Source: an uncultured Muribaculaceae bacterium
GTDB taxonomy: Bacteria; Pseudomonadota; Alphaproteobacteria; Rs-D84
Direction: 5' to 3'
Assembly: GCA_964587855.1 (NCBI GenBank)
Contig: CAZPLT010000004.1
Location: 1 to 52,827 of the forward strand
DNA: 52,827 nucleotides
The notes beneath the pieces are model-generated. The model was not told the DNA's origin and made no database searches. It saw nothing but the letters and a program-made list of their open reading frames with translations. The stretch's first letter is position 1; each line of letters opens with the position of its first letter. Below are positions 8,206 through 15,571 of the stretch, in pieces. A program made the position numbers and the translations under genes.

Positions 8206-8879
8206 AAAAAATAAAATCAATTTTATTGTTTTTTGTTTTGGGGGGATGTATTGCTTATCAAACTCCGCCACATGGTAGGTGGGCGGAAATTTTACGTGGC
8301 GCAACTTTTGCTGAAATGACAGATACAATGAAGGTTGCCAAAAGACCAATTTTTTTGGGTGGTGGTGGAAAAATAATTAAGAAAGAAGAAGTAGTTGGTA
8401 AAAATCAATATGGTGAAGAACCATCGACGTCTAATTTAAATCCAGCGGTTGTAAAATATATGGCGTCATTAGAATATGAATTGTATGATTCTTTATTAAA
8501 ATCTGGAATCCAGGTTCAGCGTGTGGGAACAGATGTTGTTTTATTATTAACACGGGATTCTTTTATGTATACAGACGCCCCAGAAATTTCCAGAGATGGT
8601 GAAAATACATTAAAGATAGTATCAAAAATTTTGAAAAAATATGATGCAACATTTATGGAGATTGCCGGCTATACAGATTCTATGCAGGATAAAAATGCAT
8701 CCGAGGCATTATCTTTGGATATGGCGCAACGAGTTGCTATTTTCTTGGCAGAAAAAGATATAAATACAGCAAGAATGTTTATCGTTGGACGTGGGGCTGC
8801 GCGACCGATCGCTGCCCAGGATGATATAGGTCGCAGAATGAATCGTCGGGTAGAAATTAAGTTTTCACCAGCCAGATAA
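8202..8879 (+). CDS. OmpA/MotB-domain peptidoglycan-binding lipoprotein
   Basis: Lipobox MKKIKSILLFFVLGG|C. C-terminal OmpA domain (IAGYTDS...NRRVEIKF). Its ATG overlaps the pilin stop (ATGA at 8202-8205). Confidence 0.8.
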   Translation: MKKIKSILLFFVLGGCIAYQTPPHGRWAEILRGATFAEMTDTMKVAKRPIFLGGGGKIIKKEEVVGKNQYGEEPSTSNLNPAVVKYMASLEYELYDSLLKSGIQVQRVGTDVVLLLTRDSFMYTDAPEISRDGENTLKIVSKILKKYDATFMEIAGYTDSMQDKNASEALSLDMAQRVAIFLAEKDINTARMFIVGRGAARPIAAQDDIGRRMNRRVEIKFSPAR

Positions 8880-8944
8880 TTTTTCCCATTGAAATTTATT
8901 TTTTTATGATTACAATTGGGGCAAACAACCAAAAAGGAAGGAAA

Positions 8945-9604
8945 ATGAAAAACACAAAACCGCTTCCAAAAGAAGCAAAAAATTACAAAAAGATTGGTAT
9001 TGTCGCGGCAGCGGTTATTGTTGTTGCTGCGTTGGGGGTATGGGGTGTTCGTCACTTTACCGCACCTGTATCAGTTGAAAAAGCAGTTGAAAGCGTAACA
9101 GTTGAAGCCGTAAGCGGTGCAGATCTGCGTATAGCAGTTGTTCGTATGGATACCGTTCAAAACGAAGCAAAGGTTTTATCTGATTTGCGTAAACAACGTG
9201 AATCTTATGAAACTAAATTGCGTAATGAATTAACAAAACGTCAAAAAGATTTGGAAAGCGAAAAAGCAGAAATTGAAAAATCTCAAGATGTTTTGTCTCG
9301 TGAAGCTTTACAAAAACGTGTTGCTGACTATCAAAAGAAAGTCACAAAATTGCAACAAGATTTGACAATGCGCGCCCAAGCAATTGATGCGTCGTTTCAA
9401 AATTCTTTGAGCAAAGTTCAATCTACTCATTTGGATCCAATAATTGATGCAGTAATTGCTAAAAAGAATTTATCTTTGGTTATTGATGGTCGTTTGGCAC
9501 GTGTTGGTGCAAATATTAAAAACTTGGATATAACCCAAGATATAATAAATGCTTTGGACAAGCGCATAACAAGCACAAAGATGGAAACCCCAAAAGGTTT
9601 CTAA
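8945..9604 (+). CDS. skp: periplasmic chaperone Skp (OmpH family)
   Basis: TM/signal segment followed by a long coiled coil with an OmpH-like pattern. Conserved position upstream of lpxD-fabZ. RBS AAAGGAAGG precedes ATG 8945. Confidence 0.8.
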   Translation: MKNTKPLPKEAKNYKKIGIVAAAVIVVAALGVWGVRHFTAPVSVEKAVESVTVEAVSGADLRIAVVRMDTVQNEAKVLSDLRKQRESYETKLRNELTKRQKDLESEKAEIEKSQDVLSREALQKRVADYQKKVTKLQQDLTMRAQAIDASFQNSLSKVQSTHLDPIIDAVIAKKNLSLVIDGRLARVGANIKNLDITQDIINALDKRITSTKMETPKGF

Positions 9605-9610
9605 GAAATA

Positions 9611-9633
9611 ATCCGGCGAAAGCCGGATTTTTT
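9611..9633 (+). terminator. rho-independent terminator
   Basis: ATCCGGC-GAAA-GCCGGAT followed by TTTTTT. Confidence 0.7.
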
Positions 9634-9670
9634 ACTATCTCACTATTTCTCTTTATGATATAATTTAGGT

Positions 9671-10393
9671 ATGAAAAAACTCTGGTGTATTTTAGGGATA
9701 GTGTTATTTACAGGCAATCTTTATGCCTTGGATACCCCGGATTTTGAAACTTACGAGAATATTGCTATTCAACATCAACCAGAATCTTTGATTGAAACGG
9801 ATGATTTATTTCTTAATCCGCAGACCCCGACAGAAAATGTATGGCTTGTGGATGAAAATGATTTATATTCTGGGTGCCCTTTCTTTTCAACACGGGAATG
9901 TGATATTTGGAAAAGAAAACCCGCAGTAATAGAAACCATAGAATTGCCAGAACGTCATATAGAAAAAGCGTGTGATTACAAAAAAGAATTATTGAAAAGA
10001 TATCAAACATTAATGCAGGCTGCGCGTTCATGTTGTGTTTCTGGAATGGAGTATAGATTAAAACAATCTGGCGCAAGTAAAAGCTTAATTTATAAATTTA
10101 TGATAGATGATGCGAACTTTTATAGATTTGGTGATCGGTGTTTAATGATGTCAGATGAAAAATTGGAAACCAAATATCCAAACAGTGCAACCGCACAAAT
10201 GGTATCAGATGTTCGTGATACATGCTTGTGTAAACGGCGTGATTATTTCAGCGCTTTGCTTGCACCATTTGATGATTTTTCAGATGAAGAATATGAATAT
10301 TCTTATCAAGATGGATTAAAACGTGAATTAAATGCTTCTATTACAGAAGATGTGAATTTTATAAAAGAGCAATTAGAAAACTGCCCAAAATAA
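9671..10393 (+). CDS. secreted cysteine-rich hypothetical protein
   Basis: Signal peptide MKKLWCILGIVLFTGNLYA. Multiple Cys, including CC and C-x-C-K-R-R. No recognisable family. Flanked by its own terminators. Confidence 0.7.
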   Translation: MKKLWCILGIVLFTGNLYALDTPDFETYENIAIQHQPESLIETDDLFLNPQTPTENVWLVDENDLYSGCPFFSTRECDIWKRKPAVIETIELPERHIEKACDYKKELLKRYQTLMQAARSCCVSGMEYRLKQSGASKSLIYKFMIDDANFYRFGDRCLMMSDEKLETKYPNSATAQMVSDVRDTCLCKRRDYFSALLAPFDDFSDEEYEYSYQDGLKRELNASITEDVNFIKEQLENCPK

Positions 10394-10403
10394 TAATTAA
10401 AAA

Positions 10404-10426
10404 ACCGCACTTTGTGCGGTTTATTT
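10404..10426 (+). terminator. rho-independent terminator
   Basis: ACCGCAC-TTTG-TGCGGT followed by TTATTT. Confidence 0.65.
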
Positions 10427-10469
10427 CTAGTGCTTGCACTTGGGTTTTTGGTATGTTATTATTCCAGGC

Positions 10470-11519
10470 ATGAAAAAAATACTTAAATTTTTATTCGGCC
10501 CACGTGCCGCCAAAACAACCGCAGGCGAGCTTGCAAAGAAATTCGGATTGGAATTGCGTGGAAACGCAGCCATTGTGGTCAGTGGTGTTGCGCCAATCGC
10601 AGATGCAAAGCCGGGGGATTTGGCGTTCTATTCAACAGAACGTAACTCTGAAGCGTTCAAGATTTTACCCATAGAAACCCTTAAAAATGCCCAGGCTTCG
10701 GTTCTTTTGGTTCAGCCAGAAAATGTGAAATTTGCACCCAAGGGGGCAACTCTACTGATTACTGATAGCCCACGTGGAAACATTATCAAGGTAATTGGTG
10801 AAATATATAAAGAAAAACCCAGGGTGGGAATTCACTGGGCGGCAATGATAGAACATGGGGTATTTTTTAGAAAGCGCAAAACTGTTTATATCGGTCAATT
10901 TTCAACCGTAGAAAAAGGCGCAGTAGTCGAACAGGGGGTAAAAATTTATCCAGGGGCCTTTATTGGTCGTGGTGTAATACTGGGGGCGGGAACAATTGTT
11001 TATGGCGGCGCTCATATTGAAAACGCTACAATTGGCGCAGATTGTGTAATTCACAGCGGCGCAGTAATTGGCAAAGATGGATTTGGATATACCCGTCAAA
11101 ATAGTAAGAATGTTTTTATTCCTCATGTTGGACGTGTAATGCTTGGTGATCGTGTTTCTGTTGGGGCGAATTCTTGCATAGATCGTGGAATGATGACAGA
11201 TACAATGGTTGGCGACGGGACTAAAATTGATAACTTGGTCCAGATTGCACATGGTGTAATAATCGGCAAAGAATGCTTTTTGGCTGCGGGCGTTGGTTTA
11301 GCCGGCGGTGTTGTTGTTGGTGACCGGGTAATGCTTGGCGGACATGTTGGAATTGCCAATGGGGTTAAGATTGGTAATGACGCCGAGATAGGCGCACAAA
11401 GTGGTGTTTTCCGTGATGTTCCAGCAGGCGAAAGACACATGGGGTATCCAGCGGTTCCAGGTATGGAATTTATGCGCGCTCATGCATGGGTAAAGCAAAA
11501 AATGAAGGATAAAAAATGA
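10470..11519 (+). CDS. lpxD: UDP-3-O-acylglucosamine N-acyltransferase
   Basis: Left-handed beta-helix hexapeptide repeats with IGKDGFGY. Conserved skp-lpxD-fabZ order. The ATG at 10470 (MKKILKF) is preferred over the tracked start at 10434. Confidence 0.9.
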   Translation: MKKILKFLFGPRAAKTTAGELAKKFGLELRGNAAIVVSGVAPIADAKPGDLAFYSTERNSEAFKILPIETLKNAQASVLLVQPENVKFAPKGATLLITDSPRGNIIKVIGEIYKEKPRVGIHWAAMIEHGVFFRKRKTVYIGQFSTVEKGAVVEQGVKIYPGAFIGRGVILGAGTIVYGGAHIENATIGADCVIHSGAVIGKDGFGYTRQNSKNVFIPHVGRVMLGDRVSVGANSCIDRGMMTDTMVGDGTKIDNLVQIAHGVIIGKECFLAAGVGLAGGVVVGDRVMLGGHVGIANGVKIGNDAEIGAQSGVFRDVPAGERHMGYPAVPGMEFMRAHAWVKQKMKDKK

Positions 11520-11941
11520 TAGATACAAAAGGTGTAGAAGCGATAATTCCCCATCGTGGCGATATGAGAATGGTTGATGAAATCCGCGAGTTTAATGAAA
11601 CCAGCGGTGTCGGAATAAAACATGTGCGTAGCGATGAATTTTGGTGTGCTGGGCATTTTCCAGGGAATCCAATTATGCCGGGCGTATTACAGATAGAGGC
11701 TTTGGCACAAACCGCATGTTTTATAGTTTTTAAACAGTTAAAAACAACAGGCACAGATACTTTGGGTTATTTTACAACTATGGAAAAAATTAAGTTTTCA
11801 AATATGGTAAAACCTGGCGATACACTTGAACTGCATGTAGAAATTTTGGCAAAAAAAATGAGCATGTATAAATTCCATGGAATCGCATTGGTTAGTGGCA
11901 AAAAAGTGTCCGAGGCTACGTTTACAGCAATTATGAGTTAA
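11516..11941 (+). CDS. fabZ: 3-hydroxyacyl-ACP dehydratase FabZ
   Basis: HFPGNPIMPGVLQIEALAQ active-site block. ATGA overlap with lpxD. Confidence 0.93.
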   Translation: MIDTKGVEAIIPHRGDMRMVDEIREFNETSGVGIKHVRSDEFWCAGHFPGNPIMPGVLQIEALAQTACFIVFKQLKTTGTDTLGYFTTMEKIKFSNMVKPGDTLELHVEILAKKMSMYKFHGIALVSGKKVSEATFTAIMS

Positions 11942-12287
11942 CAAAGCGGGCATAGCCCGCTTTTTTTATATATTTATATAATTGGTATGGGGTCCATATA
12001 AAAGGTGCACGAATACCCAGTACTTGTTTAACAAAAGAAACACATGTAAAACAAGATTTGTAATTAAATGTGGAAGATATAAAGACATTTGTAAATACCC
12101 ATCCGTTTCGCTTTAAAATCATTATATCGCGGTTTTTAAGTGGTATAAAATGTATCTTGTTTCTGGATGTAAATTGAAGCATTAAATAGCAATTATTATA
12201 TTCCAAAATAACGGCACAATGGCGAAATCTTCGGCAGAAAATTCGCGGCAGTATTTTGCTGGTATTGTTTGTAAATCCGATAAGCAT
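11931..12287 (-). CDS. hypothetical protein, possibly a permuted papain-fold (YiiX/C92-like) hydrolase
   Basis: ORF with internal ATG start MLIGFTNN. An early His (FRHCAVIL) and a later Cys (SCFTCVSFVKQVLGI) sit in the order seen in permuted NlpC/P60-type enzymes. The resemblance is weak. The C-terminus reads through the fabZ terminator. Confidence 0.35.
   Translation of the reverse strand: MLIGFTNNTSKILPRIFCRRFRHCAVILEYNNCYLMLQFTSRNKIHFIPLKNRDIMILKRNGWVFTNVFISSTFNYKSCFTCVSFVKQVLGIRAPFIWTPYQLYKYIKKAGYARFVNS
11945..11967 (+). terminator. rho-independent terminator after fabZ
   Basis: AGCGGGC-ATA-GCCCGCT followed by a 7-T run. No lpxA follows. Confidence 0.7.
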
Positions 12288-12305
12288 TTTTAATCTCGTT
12301 ATTTT

Positions 12306-12337
12306 AAGAACAAAGAGTAAATTTACTCTTTGTTCTT
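12306..12337. repeat. perfect 32-bp palindrome
   Basis: AAGAACAAAGAGTAAA|TTTACTCTTTGTTCTT lies between the two minus-strand ORFs. It could be a hairpin or an operator. Confidence 0.8.
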
Positions 12338-12343
12338 TATTAT

Positions 12344-12532
12344 TTAATTTTCTAACCATTGTTTGGCATTAGCTGCGACAGCAATTTTTTTCATAGCGTC
12401 ATGCCATAAAGCGGCTGGGGCATTTTCTGACCAAATATGCTGATTTGGTGCACGACGCATATCTCCAAAGTCTTTTAATACTGTTAATTGTTGCTCGCTT
12501 AATTTTCCAGATAAATATAAACGTGTAATCAA
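12344..12532 (-). CDS. hypothetical protein (TTG start; frame stays open a further 70 codons upstream with no start codon; possible pseudogene)
   Basis: My hand translation keeps the frame open up to 12742 without ATG, GTG or another TTG. No recognisable family. Confidence 0.3.
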   Translation of the reverse strand: MITRLYLSGKLSEQQLTVLKDFGDMRRAPNQHIWSENAPAALWHDAMKKIAVAANAKQWLEN

Positions 12533-12863
12533 AGCTTCTACATCGATAGCCTCACAAGGATAAGGATTTTTTATAATTGTTTTTCCGAAATGGACGGCCG
12601 TTTTAAACCTGTCTCTTTTTCGACAAGTTAAAAACCAAAACCATAATTGTTCTGCGTCCCTAAATTTTTTTGATGAATCAGTATCTGTGTTTGAATAAGC
12701 AGATATTTTTTTTACATAATTGTTCTTTTTTCTCTCTCCATATTACCCGGTATGATTACTGGGCACTTATTCTTATACTAAAAATGATTGAATATTATCA
12801 AATAATACAATTATATATAGATATTAATATTGGATTTCAGAGTTATTTATAAAGCTTTGATAT

Positions 12864-12888
12864 AAAAAAATTCGCCTTATCGGCGAAT
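12864..12888 (-). terminator. rho-independent terminator ending the minus-strand T4SS-linked operon
   Basis: On the minus strand: ATTCGCC-GATAA-GGCGAAT followed by TTTTTTT, about 27 nt after the stop at 12915. Confidence 0.7.
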
Positions 12889-12914
12889 CGTAAATGATAA
12901 TTTAGAAAATAGAA

Positions 12915-13625
12915 TTATTGTTCTTTCTTTGTCCCGACTCTTGAATAGTCATCAAGATAACGACCGATACTTGCATTGAATGTATTTAAACAATTTGCTA
13001 AATTCCCTTTATCAATATGTGATGCATCTTTGCATGCGGTTTCTATCCATGCTTGGTCTTTTGGATCAGTTACATAAATTCTATAGGTATTAAGTTCATT
13101 TTCTAATTGTTTACGAACTTTTGTCATACTTGACTCGTTTCTTATCAAGCTAATATTCCTTTGGACGCATTTTAATGTTTCTTGGGTTGCGCCACTTTGG
13201 GTTAAACAATTTTGAACCCCCGCAATAATTACAGATTTATCATCAGATTTAGAACTGCTGCTGGATGAATCATCTGTTGCGTTGCCACCGGCGGCTTGGA
13301 CCTTGGCGGTCAGGATAGATTTTTGCAATTGGGTTTTAAGACGCTTTACCGTTACATCCAGAAAGTCATATTGCTTTTTCATTTGCTGTGTCATAATTGT
13401 AGTTTTCAAAGCGATAATATCGTTCATCTCTTGTTTATCGGCCGGATTATATGTTTCCCCAATGTTATAAGCATGTGTAGTGCATAGTGCGACAGCTTGA
13501 TTAATAAATTCATTATTATCATTAGTACAGCCATTATCAGCAGCGCGTACCGAAACAGTCGTCAAAATGGCGAAAGTAAAAACAGAAAAGATTAAAAATA
13601 TTTTTTTCATTTTTTTACAATTCAT
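12915..13625 (-). CDS. secreted helical protein, unknown family (VirB5-sized; function unknown)
   Basis: Signal peptide (MKKIFLIFSVFTFAILTTVSVRA), coiled-coil-like stretches and a poly-Ser linker. Its start overlaps the upstream stop (TAATG). Confidence 0.75.
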   Translation of the reverse strand: MNCKKMKKIFLIFSVFTFAILTTVSVRAADNGCTNDNNEFINQAVALCTTHAYNIGETYNPADKQEMNDIIALKTTIMTQQMKKQYDFLDVTVKRLKTQLQKSILTAKVQAAGGNATDDSSSSSSKSDDKSVIIAGVQNCLTQSGATQETLKCVQRNISLIRNESSMTKVRKQLENELNTYRIYVTDPKDQAWIETACKDASHIDKGNLANCLNTFNASIGRYLDDYSRVGTKKEQ

Positions 13626-15472
13626 TATCCACCAGTATTAAACATATTTGTTTTATTTCCATTGCCGGCCCCAGGATTAATGCTAAGATCTGGGACATTG
13701 AGAGAAGGGGCTTTCAGTTGCGGTACAAAAGAAGGGGCTTTCAGTTGCGGTACAAAAGAAGGGGCTTTCAGTTGCGGTACAAACACCACTCTATTAGAAT
13801 TATTCGGGGTTACTGTTGTCGTACTGGCGTTTATATTATAATTAAGTCCTGATGCTGAATTATTGCCAGGTACAGAGAATTGTTTATCTAAATTATTTAT
13901 GTCTACATTAGAATTATTCGGGGTTACTGTTGTCGTACTGGCGTTTATATTATAATTAAGTCCTGATGCTGAATTATTGCCAGGTACAGAGAATTGTTTA
14001 TCTAAATTATTTATGTCTACACATAAACCAGAATCAGGCAAACGTCTACGTTGAGTCATTGTTCTAAGTTTACCTATTATTTCTTCATCATTAACTCGGC
14101 ACCATTTTTTTGCATCCTCGGGATCTTTTACGACATTTGGTGCATCTTGGTTAATAATTCTTTTCAGGGTTTCTACATCAATGCTGGCTTGTTTTTTACG
14201 ATTTTTAAATAATTTAGAATTATCAATTGCATCAGATGCGCAAGCAACGCGAATACCGCCACTGCTGCCAGCATCCATATACAACCAGTTTTGTTGAACT
14301 TCTTCTTGGTTATTAAGCATATTTAACAAAGTACAATGGGGTTGTTGTGATGCTACACGACGGTTACCCTGATAATCTTCATAAGCAATTTGATAATATC
14401 CACGTCTTGTAGTATTGTCCCATTCGCACCCATCTGGAAGTTTATTCTCATTATCTGGTCTGCATGTATCACACATATATTTTCCCCAAACATTACATGA
14501 ACCGTTCAGCATCATATAAATATCGGTAATATCCACCCCCAGACTTTGTGCCAGAATAAGTGCATCATATAATTCATCCAAAACATTTTCGTATGGATCA
14601 AAAAATTTATTTGCTTTATCTTTGAATGCTCTTACACGTTTTGGGCCCGTGCAATTATCACCATTAACATCACACCCAGCATAATCAAAAACATTTTGCA
14701 TTGTGTTTTTTAAATCTTTCATTGAAACTTCGGCATCTTCAACTTTGGTTAATATTTGACCACCAATTTGCTCGCGGGCTAAAACATCAGCAGATACACC
14801 AGCAGCAGCAGCATTTGCAATGGCCACATCTGGCGCAGTTGCCGCGGCCACGGCTGCTTCGGCTTGCTGTGCCGCTAATTGTTTTTGTTCTTCTAATGCT
14901 TGCTGGACAGCAGCAGCAGATTGAGCAGATTGTTCCTGCATCTGTTGTTGCATCTGTGTCATTTGTTGTTGCATTTGCTCCATCTGAGCACTGGATTGAG
15001 CACTGGCAGCTTGGGCTGCACTTGCGGCGGCGGCGGCTTGGGCTTCGTTAGCTTTTGCATTCGCACTGCTAACCATTTGTGCGGCCAATGTTTGAATCAG
15101 TTCATCGCCATATTTTTTACATGAAGAATTACTTTGTACACACCCAGTGACAATTGGGATAGCTAAATCCATGCTGGTACAACCAGCACATTTAGGTTGA
15201 GCGCAGCGTAAAATTAAAGAATTACAATTTCCAAAATCAGCTGTTGCACCCTGTTGACCAATGGGATTTTGATTCATCATATTATTCCATTGATTGTTAT
15301 TTAATGCGCCAGTATTACCAGTAAAAGCAGTACGATTTCCAGACGATCCCCCCGAGTTTTCAAATGCAGGTCCCGGTCCACCAATCGGCGAATCCGCACG
15401 CGCAAAAGGTTCTGCGCATAAAGTAAAGCACAGAGCACAAAATACAGATAAAAATCTGGTTGAAAATTTCAT
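13625..15472 (-). CDS. secreted Gln/Ala-rich coiled-coil, cysteine-rich protein with C-terminal tandem repeats, unknown family
   Basis: Signal peptide MKFSTRFLSVFCALCFTLCAEPFARA. Gly/Asn/Gln-rich region, C-x6-C-x4-C-x2-C module and a long Q/A-rich tract (QQQMTQMQQQMQEQ). Then a Cys-rich globular part, 2x38-aa and 3x9-aa perfect repeats. ATG 15472 is preferred over 15499. Confidence 0.8.
   Translation of the reverse strand: MKFSTRFLSVFCALCFTLCAEPFARADSPIGGPGPAFENSGGSSGNRTAFTGNTGALNNNQWNNMMNQNPIGQQGATADFGNCNSLILRCAQPKCAGCTSMDLAIPIVTGCVQSNSSCKKYGDELIQTLAAQMVSSANAKANEAQAAAAASAAQAASAQSSAQMEQMQQQMTQMQQQMQEQSAQSAAAVQQALEEQKQLAAQQAEAAVAAATAPDVAIANAAAAGVSADVLAREQIGGQILTKVEDAEVSMKDLKNTMQNVFDYAGCDVNGDNCTGPKRVRAFKDKANKFFDPYENVLDELYDALILAQSLGVDITDIYMMLNGSCNVWGKYMCDTCRPDNENKLPDGCEWDNTTRRGYYQIAYEDYQGNRRVASQQPHCTLLNMLNNQEEVQQNWLYMDAGSSGGIRVACASDAIDNSKLFKNRKKQASIDVETLKRIINQDAPNVVKDPEDAKKWCRVNDEEIIGKLRTMTQRRRLPDSGLCVDINNLDKQFSVPGNNSASGLNYNINASTTTVTPNNSNVDINNLDKQFSVPGNNSASGLNYNINASTTTVTPNNSNRVVFVPQLKAPSFVPQLKAPSFVPQLKAPSLNVPDLSINPGAGNGNKTNMFNTGG
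13703..13783. repeat. 3 x 27-bp perfect tandem repeat (codes FVPQLKAPS x3)
   Basis: AGAAGGGGCTTTCAGTTGCGGTACAAA occurs three times head to tail, in frame. Confidence 0.95.
13793..14020. repeat. 2 x 114-bp perfect tandem repeat (codes a 38-aa unit VDINNLDKQFSVPGNNSASGLNYNINASTTTVTPNNSN)
   Basis: 13793-13906 is identical to 13907-14020 by direct reading, in frame. Confidence 0.95.
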
Positions 15473-15546
15473 ATTCTCTCTATGGATAAAGTTTATCATA
15501 AAATATAAAAAAATGAAAGAAAAAATAGTGGTTATTACAATAAAAT

Positions 15547-15571
15547 AAAATCCGCATAACTGCGGATTTTA
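15547..15571 (-). terminator. terminator/attenuator-like hairpin straight after virB10-like stop
   Basis: AAAATCCGCA-GTTA-TGCGGATTTT overlaps the TAA and is followed by ATTTTATT on the minus strand. It could be partial termination within the operon. Confidence 0.5.

Noticed and set aside
12670-12852. 60-aa plus-strand ORF in the AT-rich spacer.
   Set aside because: It lies in the region between the minus-strand terminator and the start-less minus-strand frame. It has an extreme AT-driven composition (Ile/Leu/Tyr/Phe/Asn) and no RBS. It is likely non-coding.
13703-14020. Could the direct repeats be a CRISPR array or a minisatellite outside genes?
   Set aside because: The units are strictly head to tail with no spacers. 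They are in frame and lie inside a long ORF that has a signal peptide. They are coding tandem repeats, not CRISPR.
14701-15124. Plus-strand ORFs (116 aa and 74 aa) rich in Leu/His/Gln opposite the Q/A tract.
   Set aside because: They are the mirror image of the CAG/GCA-rich repeat that codes the Gln/Ala coiled coil on the minus strand, so they are a compositional artefact.
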